A DNA stretch of 64,000 bases from Verrucomicrobiota bacterium (lineage in GTDB: Bacteria > Verrucomicrobiota > Verrucomicrobiia > Opitutales > Cerasicoccaceae), in the NCBI GenBank assembly GCA_039818205.1, contig JBCBUK010000005.1, positions 1-64,000 of the forward strand, given 5' to 3'. Each line of letters begins with the position of its first letter. Position 1 is the stretch's first letter. Positions 28,257 to 38,600 of this stretch are shown one piece after another. A model generated the notes under the pieces. The model saw only the letters and a list, made by a program, of their open reading frames with translations, did no database searches and was not told the origin of the DNA. Both the position numbers and the translations under genes were made by a program.

Positions 28257-30095
28257 TTATCGGTCCAATTGCTGGTTGTCCGCCTGTGGATCGGGAGTCC
28301 AAAATTCCTCAAGATTCCAGGTGGTGATGCCCGCTGGAGGGATCTCATAATTGCGCCAGCGATTCTTAATGCCGACGTATCCCTTTGGCGCCACCAGCAA
28401 CATAAAGGGAACCTGCTCAGCCAATATCGCCTGAACTTCGTTCATGATCTCGCGGCGCTTGTCGATGTCTAGAATTTGCTCTTGTTCGCGAAAGAGTTCA
28501 TCAATCCGTGCCTCCCATTCCGTGGCGGGTTCCTTCTGCTTGGGGTGCCAGAGGTGGTAGACACCTTCACTCAGATACATCGCCTTACTCCCGGAGGGAT
28601 CGTAGGCCGCCGAAGCCGAACCCCAACCAATCACACCGGCTTCATAATCAAACGTATAATCCATTTTTCGGATGAGCGTCGCGAAATCGATCGGGTTTAT
28701 GTTCAAGGTAATCCCGAGCGAATTCAAATTCTCCTTGAAGGTCACGATAAGGTCCTCCCAAGCGCTCGATCCAGCTGGCATCAAAATAGTGAATTCCACG
28801 GGGTTTCCTTCGGGGCCCAGCGCTTGGCCAGATTCATTCCAGGTAAACCCAGCCTCCTTCAGGAGCTCACGCGACTTGTCGGGGTTGTAGCGAAACTTAC
28901 GAACATCCGGGTTGTGCCACCCTTTTTGAGCCTGTGAAATCATTGAATCGATCGGGACAGCTTGCCCAAAGAATGTTGCCTCTATGACTGCCTCACGATC
29001 AAAAGCATAGAACAATGCCTGGCGGAAAAGCTTATTTTGAAACCAGTCCAACTTGTAAGGCTCGACGTAGGGATTGCCGTCCTCGTCTTTGCCGGGATTT
29101 TGGTTGAGCCAGATCATACTGATCGAAGTGGATGGCTCGCGCTCGTGAATCGTAAAATCGTAAAGTGCTTCATTGCGGCGAACCCAAGCCACATCGGTTG
29201 GCCCTATCCCGGAGATGCTAGTCTGGCCCGTCGCAAAAGAAACGATTTCTGTGTTCGCGGCAGTCACGAACTTAAAAATGAGGCGGTCGATATAGGGCAG
29301 ACGCTTTCCATCCTGGTCCGCCTTCCAGTAGTGCGGATTCGGCTTCAAGATCAAGCGCTCACCGGGCCGAAAAACCTCCATCACGAATGCGCCGGTTCCG
29401 ACGATTTCGCTCGGTTCGTTGATCCCGGTCTGAGTCGTCCAACTTTTGAAAAACAACTCTTTCGAGTGCGCCTCACCAAGCTTGTGCTCCGGCAAGATAT
29501 TAATGTTCATCAAATCGAAGAGAAACGGCGCATAGACACTCGGCGTATAAAATTGGACGGTGTAATCATCGATTTTTTTGACCTCCAGCTTACCGTCTTC
29601 AAATTTAAATTTTGAATAGTAGCGCGACGGATAGAGCGGATTCACCCGCCCCGTCTCCGGATCTTCCTTGTCTGACAGAATCGTATCGAAGGTAAACAGC
29701 ACGTCATCCGCAGTTAAGTCTTCGCCATCTGACCATTTAATCCCCTCGCGCAGATAAAAGGTGTAGGTCTTTTCATCGTCGGCGATCTCCCAGTCCTTTG
29801 CCAACGCCGAGACAATCTCGGCCTTAATTGGATCGTAGCTGATCAGCCCATCAAACATTCGGGACAAGATGATACTCGTCGTCAGATTGTTCGGGACCAA
29901 ATAGTTGAACGTTGTTGGCTGCGTAGTTTCGGTCTGAATAAACAGACCGCCGTATTCACCCGCCGGGGCCTCCGTAATCAAAACATCCTTCGGCAGGGGA
30001 TATTGACCTCGCTCAACTGGGGGCGGCGTCGAATCGCAGCCAACCAAAACGATTGCTGCAATTAATATCGAAGATATGAGGCGAACCAATTTCAA
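28257..30095 (-). CDS. Family 5 (peptide/nickel) ABC substrate-binding lipoprotein
   Basis: Lipobox LVGC, YTFYLREGIKWSDGEDLTADDVLFT, VGTGAF. Confidence 0.93.
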   Translation of the reverse strand: MKLVRLISSILIAAIVLVGCDSTPPPVERGQYPLPKDVLITEAPAGEYGGLFIQTETTQPTTFNYLVPNNLTTSIILSRMFDGLISYDPIKAEIVSALAKDWEIADDEKTYTFYLREGIKWSDGEDLTADDVLFTFDTILSDKEDPETGRVNPLYPSRYYSKFKFEDGKLEVKKIDDYTVQFYTPSVYAPFLFDLMNINILPEHKLGEAHSKELFFKSWTTQTGINEPSEIVGTGAFVMEVFRPGERLILKPNPHYWKADQDGKRLPYIDRLIFKFVTAANTEIVSFATGQTSISGIGPTDVAWVRRNEALYDFTIHEREPSTSISMIWLNQNPGKDEDGNPYVEPYKLDWFQNKLFRQALFYAFDREAVIEATFFGQAVPIDSMISQAQKGWHNPDVRKFRYNPDKSRELLKEAGFTWNESGQALGPEGNPVEFTILMPAGSSAWEDLIVTFKENLNSLGITLNINPIDFATLIRKMDYTFDYEAGVIGWGSASAAYDPSGSKAMYLSEGVYHLWHPKQKEPATEWEARIDELFREQEQILDIDKRREIMNEVQAILAEQVPFMLLVAPKGYVGIKNRWRNYEIPPAGITTWNLEEFWTPDPQADNQQLDR

Positions 30096-30182
30096 ATTAG
30101 CGAAGGAAAATCACTTCGGTCGGAAAATGCAAGTCATCCCTGCACATCAATAGCTTACAGGATCCTATGAGAAGACACCAAA

Positions 30183-30216
30183 GAAGCCCGTTTGTTTCGT
30201 CAACAAAGCGGGCTTC
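30183..30216 (-). terminator. Probable intrinsic terminator of the CIA30 gene
   Basis: GAAGCCCGTTTGTT-tcgtc-AACAAAGCGGGCTTC hairpin (one bulge), 27 bp past the stop at 30244, with a short T run on the minus strand. Confidence 0.6.
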
Positions 30217-30243
30217 AAAGGGTATTAAATTCGTTCAAGGAGG

Positions 30244-30843
30244 CTACTCAGCCGCAATCCAGGCGACTTCAAGGTTGAACGGGCCTTCCTTCTTGTCGCC
30301 AAGCAGAATCGCAATCTGCTGGATACGGTCCGGATTGAACGTATGGTCCGACAACTGACGACCGCGCCAGCTCTGGTTCAGCCCCTCAAACGGGATGAAA
30401 ACTTCGGCCCATTCACCCGGAATGGTTTCAAATTCGCGGTTGAATGAAACTGGCCACATTCCCCAAAGTCGGGCGTCACTCTCAAACCGCAATTGATAGG
30501 TTCGACCGTCGCCTTTTACCTTCAAGCGGATTCCTTTGTATTCCGAAAGGTCCAGGTCCACATTGCTCTGCGCCATCGAAAAGCCACCGTTGTTCTCGAG
30601 GGAGAGGACGCCATTGAAAACCATACCTTCGCTACCAAGAGTCGCCCCACCCTGGGAAAGGCCACCCATAACGCCGTCGTTAACTGTCCCCCAAGCCGAA
30701 GCGGGACTGTCGCCGGAAAATTCGTAAAGCACTTTCATTAGTTTCTTTTCGGAGGTGCTCGCGACTAGTGAATTCGCGGAAAAAAGCATCAAACATAATG
30801 CGGATATCGAGCCAAGCGCCCAGGTGATAGATCGTTGTTTCAT
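30244..30843 (-). CDS. CIA30-family protein
   Basis: WGTVNDGVMGGLS, LSLENNGGFS, VKGDGRTY, GPFNLEVAWI. Confidence 0.92.
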   Translation of the reverse strand: MKQRSITWALGSISALCLMLFSANSLVASTSEKKLMKVLYEFSGDSPASAWGTVNDGVMGGLSQGGATLGSEGMVFNGVLSLENNGGFSMAQSNVDLDLSEYKGIRLKVKGDGRTYQLRFESDARLWGMWPVSFNREFETIPGEWAEVFIPFEGLNQSWRGRQLSDHTFNPDRIQQIAILLGDKKEGPFNLEVAWIAAE

Positions 30844-30994
30844 GATACTGAGGGATGTAAGATTAGACGTTCAACTTATAGTAACGGAAAAAAATGAAAT
30901 CCGCAAGTGACACGCCACTTTCCAACAGCCAATTCGGTACTCAGCCCAATTTCATTGCGCACTGCAATTCATCGTATGGAACGATCACGGCGCA

Positions 30995-32563
30995 CTAGTA
31001 AAACAACCGTCGGTCGAGGCTACGGTATTGGATCGCTTCCAGCAGATGCTGAGTTTCAATGCCATCAGAGTCTGCAAGGTCAGCAATAGTACGGGCGACC
31101 TTGAGAATGCGATCGTAGGCCCGGGCAGATAGCTTCAACTCCTCCATCGCTTGCTGTAATAGATCGCCCTGCTCACGATTGATGGAGCAATAATCCCGGA
31201 TTTGCTTGTGGCTCATTCTCGCGTTGCACGCGGTCAAACGAGTCCCGTTTTCTTTGTTTCCGCCGAATCGATGCCCCTGACGCCCGCGCGCCTCCATCAC
31301 CCGATTCCGCATCACCGCCGAGCTCTCGCCCTTCTTTGCCGAGCGCAATTCATCAAAAGTCAACGCTGGTGCCTCGACGTGCAAGTCAATGCGATCTAAC
31401 AACGGACCAGAAATACGGCTGCGATAACGCTGAATTACAGTGGGGTTGCATCGGCATTCGTGCCGGGTATCCCCGAGGTATCCACATGGACACGGATTCA
31501 TCGCCGCCACGAGCATCATGGCTGCGGGCAATGTAACCTTGCCCGCGCTCCGGGAAATCGTCACGTCGCCGTCCTCCAACGGTTGCCGTAACACCTCCAG
31601 CGTTCCGCGCTTGAATTCTGGCAGTTCATCCAGAAACAAAACGCCATGGTGCGCCAGAGAAATCTCGCCCGGACCAGGATTCACCCCTCCCCCAATTAGG
31701 CCCACATCACTGATCGTATGATGCGGCGAACGGAACGGCCGAGCAAAGCAACGGTTCTCGTCTTTCAAGCTAACACCCGCCGCCGATTGCACCGCGAGGA
31801 TTTCTAAAAACTCATCAAGCGTCGGCTCGGGCATAATCGTCGGAATGCGTTTGGCAATCATGCTCTTGCCGCTTCCCGGAGGCCCGACAAGAAGAAGATT
31901 ATGCCCGCCGGCCACTGCGATTTCCACCGCACGACGAACCGTATGCTGGCCTTTCACTTCGGCGAAGTCGATGGCGTGCGCTTCATCCGGCGGCTGGCGA
32001 AACGGGCTCTTTTGCGGGTCCAATGCCTGCAAAGCCAACTCGCCTTCCAGCATGCGGACGGCTTCATCCAACGAACGAACGGGAACCACATCGATGTCCT
32101 CTACGAGCGCCGCTTCGTCCGCCGACTCCGGCGGCAGCATTATGCCTTGCTTACCCGTTTGACGCGCCATCATCGCCAAGGCTAAACCACCACGAATCGG
32201 GCGCACTTTGCCCGATAAACTCAGCTCACCCGCAATGAGGTATTTTTCCATCACCCCCGCCAGCTTCTCGTCGCCAATCTGTCTGGTCGCGCCCAGCATA
32301 CCGAGCGCAATCGGTAAATCATACATCGGCCCTTCCTTACGAATGTCGCCTGGCGCGAGGTTGATGGTCGTCCGCGTCTCAGGCGCCTTAAAACCGCTAT
32401 TACTCAACGCCGATCGCACGCGATCCACCGATTCCTTCACCGCCGAGTCTGGCAAGCCCACCATAAATATCTTCGGATCTCCATGTTCACCAGCATTCAC
32501 TTCTACCTGAACAGGATGCGCCTCAATGCCCAATAGGGCTCCAGATTGTATCGTCGCAAGCAT
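30995..32563 (-). CDS. comM: YifB/ComM Mg-chelatase-like AAA+ ATPase
   Basis: [59 protein letters not shown]. Confidence 0.93.
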   Translation of the reverse strand: MLATIQSGALLGIEAHPVQVEVNAGEHGDPKIFMVGLPDSAVKESVDRVRSALSNSGFKAPETRTTINLAPGDIRKEGPMYDLPIALGMLGATRQIGDEKLAGVMEKYLIAGELSLSGKVRPIRGGLALAMMARQTGKQGIMLPPESADEAALVEDIDVVPVRSLDEAVRMLEGELALQALDPQKSPFRQPPDEAHAIDFAEVKGQHTVRRAVEIAVAGGHNLLLVGPPGSGKSMIAKRIPTIMPEPTLDEFLEILAVQSAAGVSLKDENRCFARPFRSPHHTISDVGLIGGGVNPGPGEISLAHHGVLFLDELPEFKRGTLEVLRQPLEDGDVTISRSAGKVTLPAAMMLVAAMNPCPCGYLGDTRHECRCNPTVIQRYRSRISGPLLDRIDLHVEAPALTFDELRSAKKGESSAVMRNRVMEARGRQGHRFGGNKENGTRLTACNARMSHKQIRDYCSINREQGDLLQQAMEELKLSARAYDRILKVARTIADLADSDGIETQHLLEAIQYRSLDRRLFY

Positions 32564-32690
32564 ACTGCGTTTTATTACGGCCTATCCGATCCGCAGCAAG
32601 CGATTATTTCACACTAAAAACTTCATGGGTCATTTCTCTACCCACGACGTTAGAAGAAACCCTGACGTCCAAGCAAATCTAGAAATGGTT

Positions 32691-35600
32691 CTATTCTGGC
32701 TGGATTTGGACACGGATGAAGACGGAGTCGCCGCTATTGTCGGGTATCTCGATGGTAACGCGCTCCTTTCCTACAGTCGTGTCTTCTGTCGCTTCGTTGA
32801 ACACGACCAACGGATCCCATTTGGCCAAGTCCGTCGAATACTCGTAGGCAACCAAGACGCCACGGTGATTTTTGCGTCGTTCGTAGATAAATCGGAACGT
32901 GGAATCGGACGAGATATGCTCTATCTCAATTAACGCATTTGAGTCGGAACGGAGCGGGTCTTTGCCGAAGTAGAATTCCTTGATCATGCTCAAGCCATCG
33001 CCATCGAAATCGATATTCGGATTAGTGTTGTACTCGGACTCAAGCGCCGCGGGCAGGATGGTGCTTGGCCATGTTGCAAAATCGACATTGCTGTCTGGAG
33101 GGGCCAAAGTGGTGAATGACTCAGCTCCACTGAACACTCCACCTGCGCTGTTCTCTGCATACAAGCGATATTGATATGTTGTCTCTGCCAGCAAGCCAGT
33201 GATCGTTTGCGCGAAGATTCCCGTTTCATAACCAACGTCGATGGACGCCTCCCATCCTGTCTTCGTTTCTCCTTGATCGTTTTCTCCATAGAAGAGAATG
33301 ACGTGGGGCGTTTCTCCGCCCGTGCTGGTCACCTCGCCATGAATGTCTGCAGTGGTGGCAGTGAGGCCCATTTCAGCATGAGAAACGATACTTGGCTTAG
33401 TCGCTGGAGCGCTTTCGGTCAGGGTAACATCCCTCACACTGCCACCACCAGTATTCTTTGACAAACCGATGTAGCGAATGTCCGCGAAGCTGCCTGAGCC
33501 AACCATATCTGGGCCGCGAACAGAGACGCCTTCAACGAAGAATTCCATCGTCCAGGTGGCGGGGTCGGCGTCTGAGGCATCGAGCACTACACTTACCTCA
33601 ACATAGCCGAAGTCAGGAACCTGATCCGTCGGCACCGTTATTTGACCATTCTTGATCACACCAGTGTAAGTAAGCAGCGTTCGGTTATTCGCTTCACTGC
33701 GGACGAGGATGGACCCGTAGGGATTGACGTCAGCGATGTCCCATCGAGCATTCGCATTATACTGCGAATAACAAAGGGCGATGCCATCACCTCCCTGATT
33801 GGAAAGGATGTCTGCGCTCAAGGTGTAGATATTTCCGGCTGTCGGTGTCAGCGGTAGCCAGATGCCTTTTCGTTTTGTGCCTCCGCCTGATACGGCACCA
33901 TCAGCGAAGAAGTTGCTGTTAGAAGAATTGGCATTGTCCCAGACCTCGGCGCCGGGTGCGAAGTCGGGAGCAACTCCATGTATTTGCTGGCCACTCGGAC
34001 CGTTGAAGTAATGCAGGTAAACGAAGTCGTCTGAAGTTTTCGCAGTGAAATGTTGCGTTGAACTGCTCCAGCTTTCGCCGCCTTCATTGCTGACATGTAT
34101 TCGGTAATAGTAGACTTCGTTTGGAGCGAGGGAACTGAGGAATGTTGAGACGCTACCGTTACGATGTTCGCCAATGGAAACTGTGTTTGACCAGTTGCCA
34201 GCAACCTCGCCGCCATCATTCGTTCCATAGTAGAAGGTGACGGTCGTGGGCGCGTTGCCATCGTCGGTGATGCGACCTTTGATTCGCGCTGCGGTTGACG
34301 TAACCGCTCCAGCGGGACTGACTTCAACAATGGGCGAGCGAAGTTCCAGAGTCGTAAATGCTTCGGTGTTGCTGATGAAGGTGCCGCCTGCGCTATTGGT
34401 GGCATAAAAACGGTAGAAATACTCAGTATTGTGTGTGAGAGAGCTGAGCGTGTGGGAGAAGCTTCGCGATTGAATGCCCAGGTTGATCGCTCCGTCCCAA
34501 CCAGTGGTTGAGGCGCCTTGATCGGTTTCGCCGTAGAAGAGGGTAATGCTTGGTGACTGCCCACCCGTTGTAATTATTTCACCGTTTATTGTCGCTTCAT
34601 GGATCGTGATGTTCGTTTCCGAGTCAGTGGTAATCACGGGCAATTCAATTGCTGGCGGAACACCAGTTACCGTGATAGTGCCTCCGAGATCCCCGAAGAA
34701 CGGCGAGTAGTCGCGGCCGTTTAGATCGGTCAGGTCGATTGCGCTTGGATTCGTCGCGGTGTCCAGGGTGTAAGTGCCGGCGGCAAAGTAGTCTTTATCA
34801 ACGGTCAGGTCCGTGACGGCAACTTGACCACTGAGGACAAAGAAGTTTCCGTCGCCTACGATGTGCATCGCGAAGGATGCATCGCCAGACAGGATGTCTT
34901 GAGTGAGATCCACGGGACCTCCGGATTGCGTACTGCCACCGATGGTGAGTAGGCCGGTGAACCCGGTCATGTCCGCGCAATCGATCTCGGCAAGATTGGT
35001 TAAATCTTGAGTGCTGTTTGGTCGACGCCAGGTTAGCTCACCATCACCGACGATCCGGTTAGCGGCAATCTTCTGATTGGAACGGTTACCATTGTAAGTG
35101 ATGAGGCCCTGATGCACCGTGATGGTGTCGAAGGTGGCAGTATCGTCGCTGTTCTGTTGATACAGGGTACTGCCAGGAAAGAGGACGAGATCATTAAAGC
35201 TGATGGAATTGTAGATCCGGAGCTGGTTGCTGAGAATTAGCTGGTCGGCGTCGAAGCTCTCGCCGTCTAGCTGTCGGAAGCGCAGGTAGTCGTCCATGAT
35301 CGCAATGTCACCCGCGCCGGGGATCGTGCCGCGATCCCATGAGGCCGCGGTCATATCAACATTGTTTTGAATCGAAAAGAAAACCGACGATCCGGGGTTG
35401 GTCGTTGTCACGCTTTCAGTGTCTGACCAGGTGGTCCCACCAAAGTTTACTGCGCGGACACGATAGTAAATCGTTTCGTAGAGATTTAAACCCGACAGGG
35501 ATTGGCTGAAGCTTCCTGATTGGTATCCGAGGTCGGCAGAGTTGTCCCAATTGTTGGTGTTCGTTCCGCCGTCATTATCGCCATAGAAGATCGTAATGCT

Positions 35601-38600
35601 GGGCGTGTCTCCACTGGTGTCGTCGACTTGCGCATTGAGCGTGAGACTGTTGGCTGCAATGTCGCTAGACGGAAGAATGGAGATGACTGCGGGGTCGATT
35701 GGGGTGCTACTGCCAGTTCGGAAGGTGGCGGCAGTGGGAGAGAAGCTTTCACCGCCAGCATTCTCGGCATAGACACGGTAGTAATAGGTGGTCAGTTCGC
35801 TTAAGCCGGTGAGCGTGGTGTTGAAGCCGCCAGATCGGGTTCCCAAATCAACTACTCCATCCCATCCAGCCGTGGTCTCGCCGCGGTCCATGGTGCCGTA
35901 GTAGATCTTGATATTGGGATTCTCTCGGCCGGTGTCGATGACGGCACCTTTGACTCTGGCGTTGGTTGCGTTGATGCGATCCGGTGTTTGAACTTCTACG
36001 ATCGCTGGCTCCGGTACTTGGCCAACGAGGATGACGTTGTCCACGCCCATCCATCGGTTGGCGCTTTTTCCACTGACTTCCATCCATACGTATTTAACGT
36101 CGTTTGGGATGTCGTAGGTCCCGATGAAGGGGCCACTGCTACTGGTGGTGCTGCCAGTGATAAAGAACAGCTCCTGGACTTCAATGGTCCCGTCGTCCAG
36201 CTCCATATGAACTTTTGAGCGCAGGTAATTACTGCTGTTGTAGTTACCAGCGAAGACCTGCATCTCTGCGGCGATTCGGCAATTCGAGAAGGCGCTGACG
36301 TCAATCGGATCACTGAAATACCACCATCTCGTGCTACTGAAACCGGTTCGTGTATCCACAATATAGGCTTCTTGTTCTGCGATCGGGTCAACCGGAGCAT
36401 TCAACTTCGTAATGCCGGTTATGACGCCGGTACCATCCGTGTCATTTTCGGTGGTGAATGACCAGAAAGGAATCTCTCGGTTGGGTGCGGTTGATTCGGT
36501 ATAATGGATTTCTCCCGAACCGGTTACCAGACCTTCTCCCATTCCGGTAAAGTCTTGCGCTGCGATAATAACGTGATTGTCGAGGCCGCTGAGTTCCGCC
36601 CGTGCTAACATCGCGTCATTGACTGAGATAACCTCCACAGCAAATGAATCCTGATTCGCATCACCACTTGCTCCCTCGACGGTCATAACTACAAAGTGCT
36701 CACCGACCGCGAGATCGACATAAGGATTCGCTCCTGAAGCAACTACCTGCCCATCAATTTCCCAAGTAATGCTAGTTGGAGTGACGCCATTGCTACCACT
36801 TTCACTTCCATCGAATTGAACCAGGCAGCTACCACTGCTGTCATAATCAACAACGACTTGATCCAAACCAGCGACTGCGTTTGGTGCGGCTGGATTATCT
36901 CCTCCAATGACATCGACTGCAAATTGGCTTTGTGCGGTGTTGCCGTTAAAGTCAGTCGTTGTCAACGTGATGACATGAAATCCGGTTGGGATTTCTGCCG
37001 TTTGAATGGCATCTGAGCCAGTGGAAATTAAGTCACCATTTGCAAAGGTCCAAGTATATGTCTGGATCGCGATGTTGTCGGTGCTGCCACTTCCGTCGAG
37101 GGTGACGGTTGCAGTTCCACCTAGGTCATCATCGATAACGACGACATTCAGGCCTGCGTTGGCAACCGGATTTTCTGAGTCACCAGCAGCGGATAAAGTC
37201 GAAAAGGTGACTGGCTGCGGCGTCCAAAATTCCAACATGGCGCCAACGGGATTCTGAACATGTGCGCGAGCATAGTAATTGTTGTCCGGCAATAGTCCTT
37301 CGATCAAAACTTCACGTGCTTCCAGTTTGTCGGAGAGCGAATAGGTGATGCTGTGATCCCAGTTTGCGGGATTCGTTCCGCCGTCGGTCTCTCCGTAGTA
37401 AACCGTTAAGACAGAGCCAACGGGGCCTGCCTTGGCCAAGTGTCCATCTAGGAGAGCGGAAATGCCGTCAACGTTTTGGATCACGAGCATCGCAGAAGGA
37501 CTTTCGGTCACTTGGACAAGGGCATTTTGGCGAGCAAGTGTGAATTGCCCGGTCAGGGTTTGTGGATTCACTTTGTTGACGTGGGACCACATTTGGACGC
37601 TGTCGATGTAGCCGGGAAAGCGGGTGTCCGTGTCGAGTACGTCGCTGGTGATCGAGCCAATGCCGATATGGAATCCGCGCGTGTCCAGGGTGACATTTCC
37701 CAAAGCACTGCCGTGATTACCGTTGGAAATTAACCAAACATTCTGTTCGGGGTCATAAAGGTGGAGTAAGGTTTTCTCATTGTCCGAATAATTTCGCCGG
37801 CGCTCGAACATGATGAAGTAGTCTTTTCCTGCTTCGAGGAAAATGTCGGGACGGCCCAATGAATCATTCATGGCATAGATGGGGTCGATGCTATTGCCCC
37901 AATTGGCCGCTTCGAAGAAAAGCGTGTTCTTCCATTCGCCATTAACATCCAGTCGGCGGACACCGAAATCAAAATCGTAAAGAGCTGAAAAAACGACAAA
38001 GTGGGAATCGCTGTCGGGCAGGGTGTCGTTGAGGCGAACCCAAGCAGACGTGATATAACTGCCGTCACGAATGCGGTCTTCAATGCGTCCGCTGGTTTCG
38101 CGATCAACGAGATGTGGGTTGTCCGCGAAGACCCAGGCCTCGTTGGCATTGAGGCTGTAGTTGCTATAGGGAGCAATGCCTACATTGGACCACCCGGCAG
38201 GGTCACTCATTTGCGCATCAGCTGAAAAGCTATTCATACCATGGTTTGGAACGGAGGCGCCAGAGCCGATTTCTAATTTATAATGAATCCCCTGATCCTC
38301 GTGGTCAGGGAACGGCGCTGGGTTGGGGCCGAGGATGGTGGCGGGATCTGCCGTAAAGTCATGTGAGTGATAAACCGGCACCAATCCATTCGCGCTCTGG
38401 TAGGGGATCAATGTGTCCTCAATAAATTCAAACACTTCTTCTGCTTCGCCATAGCGGCTGTCATCCCAAGTGACGATGGTATCAAAGCCAGTTGATAGCA
38501 TGGCACTGAAGCCCGGGTAAAAAGGCAATAATTCCTCTTCGGTTCCACGCCATAATGGATGATCCACTAAGGTGTACCAGTCGTATAGCTCATCCATGAA

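Noticed and set aside
30995..32563. comM interrupted by a mobile element (a known hotspot)
   Set aside because: The ORF is continuous and full length with all motifs.
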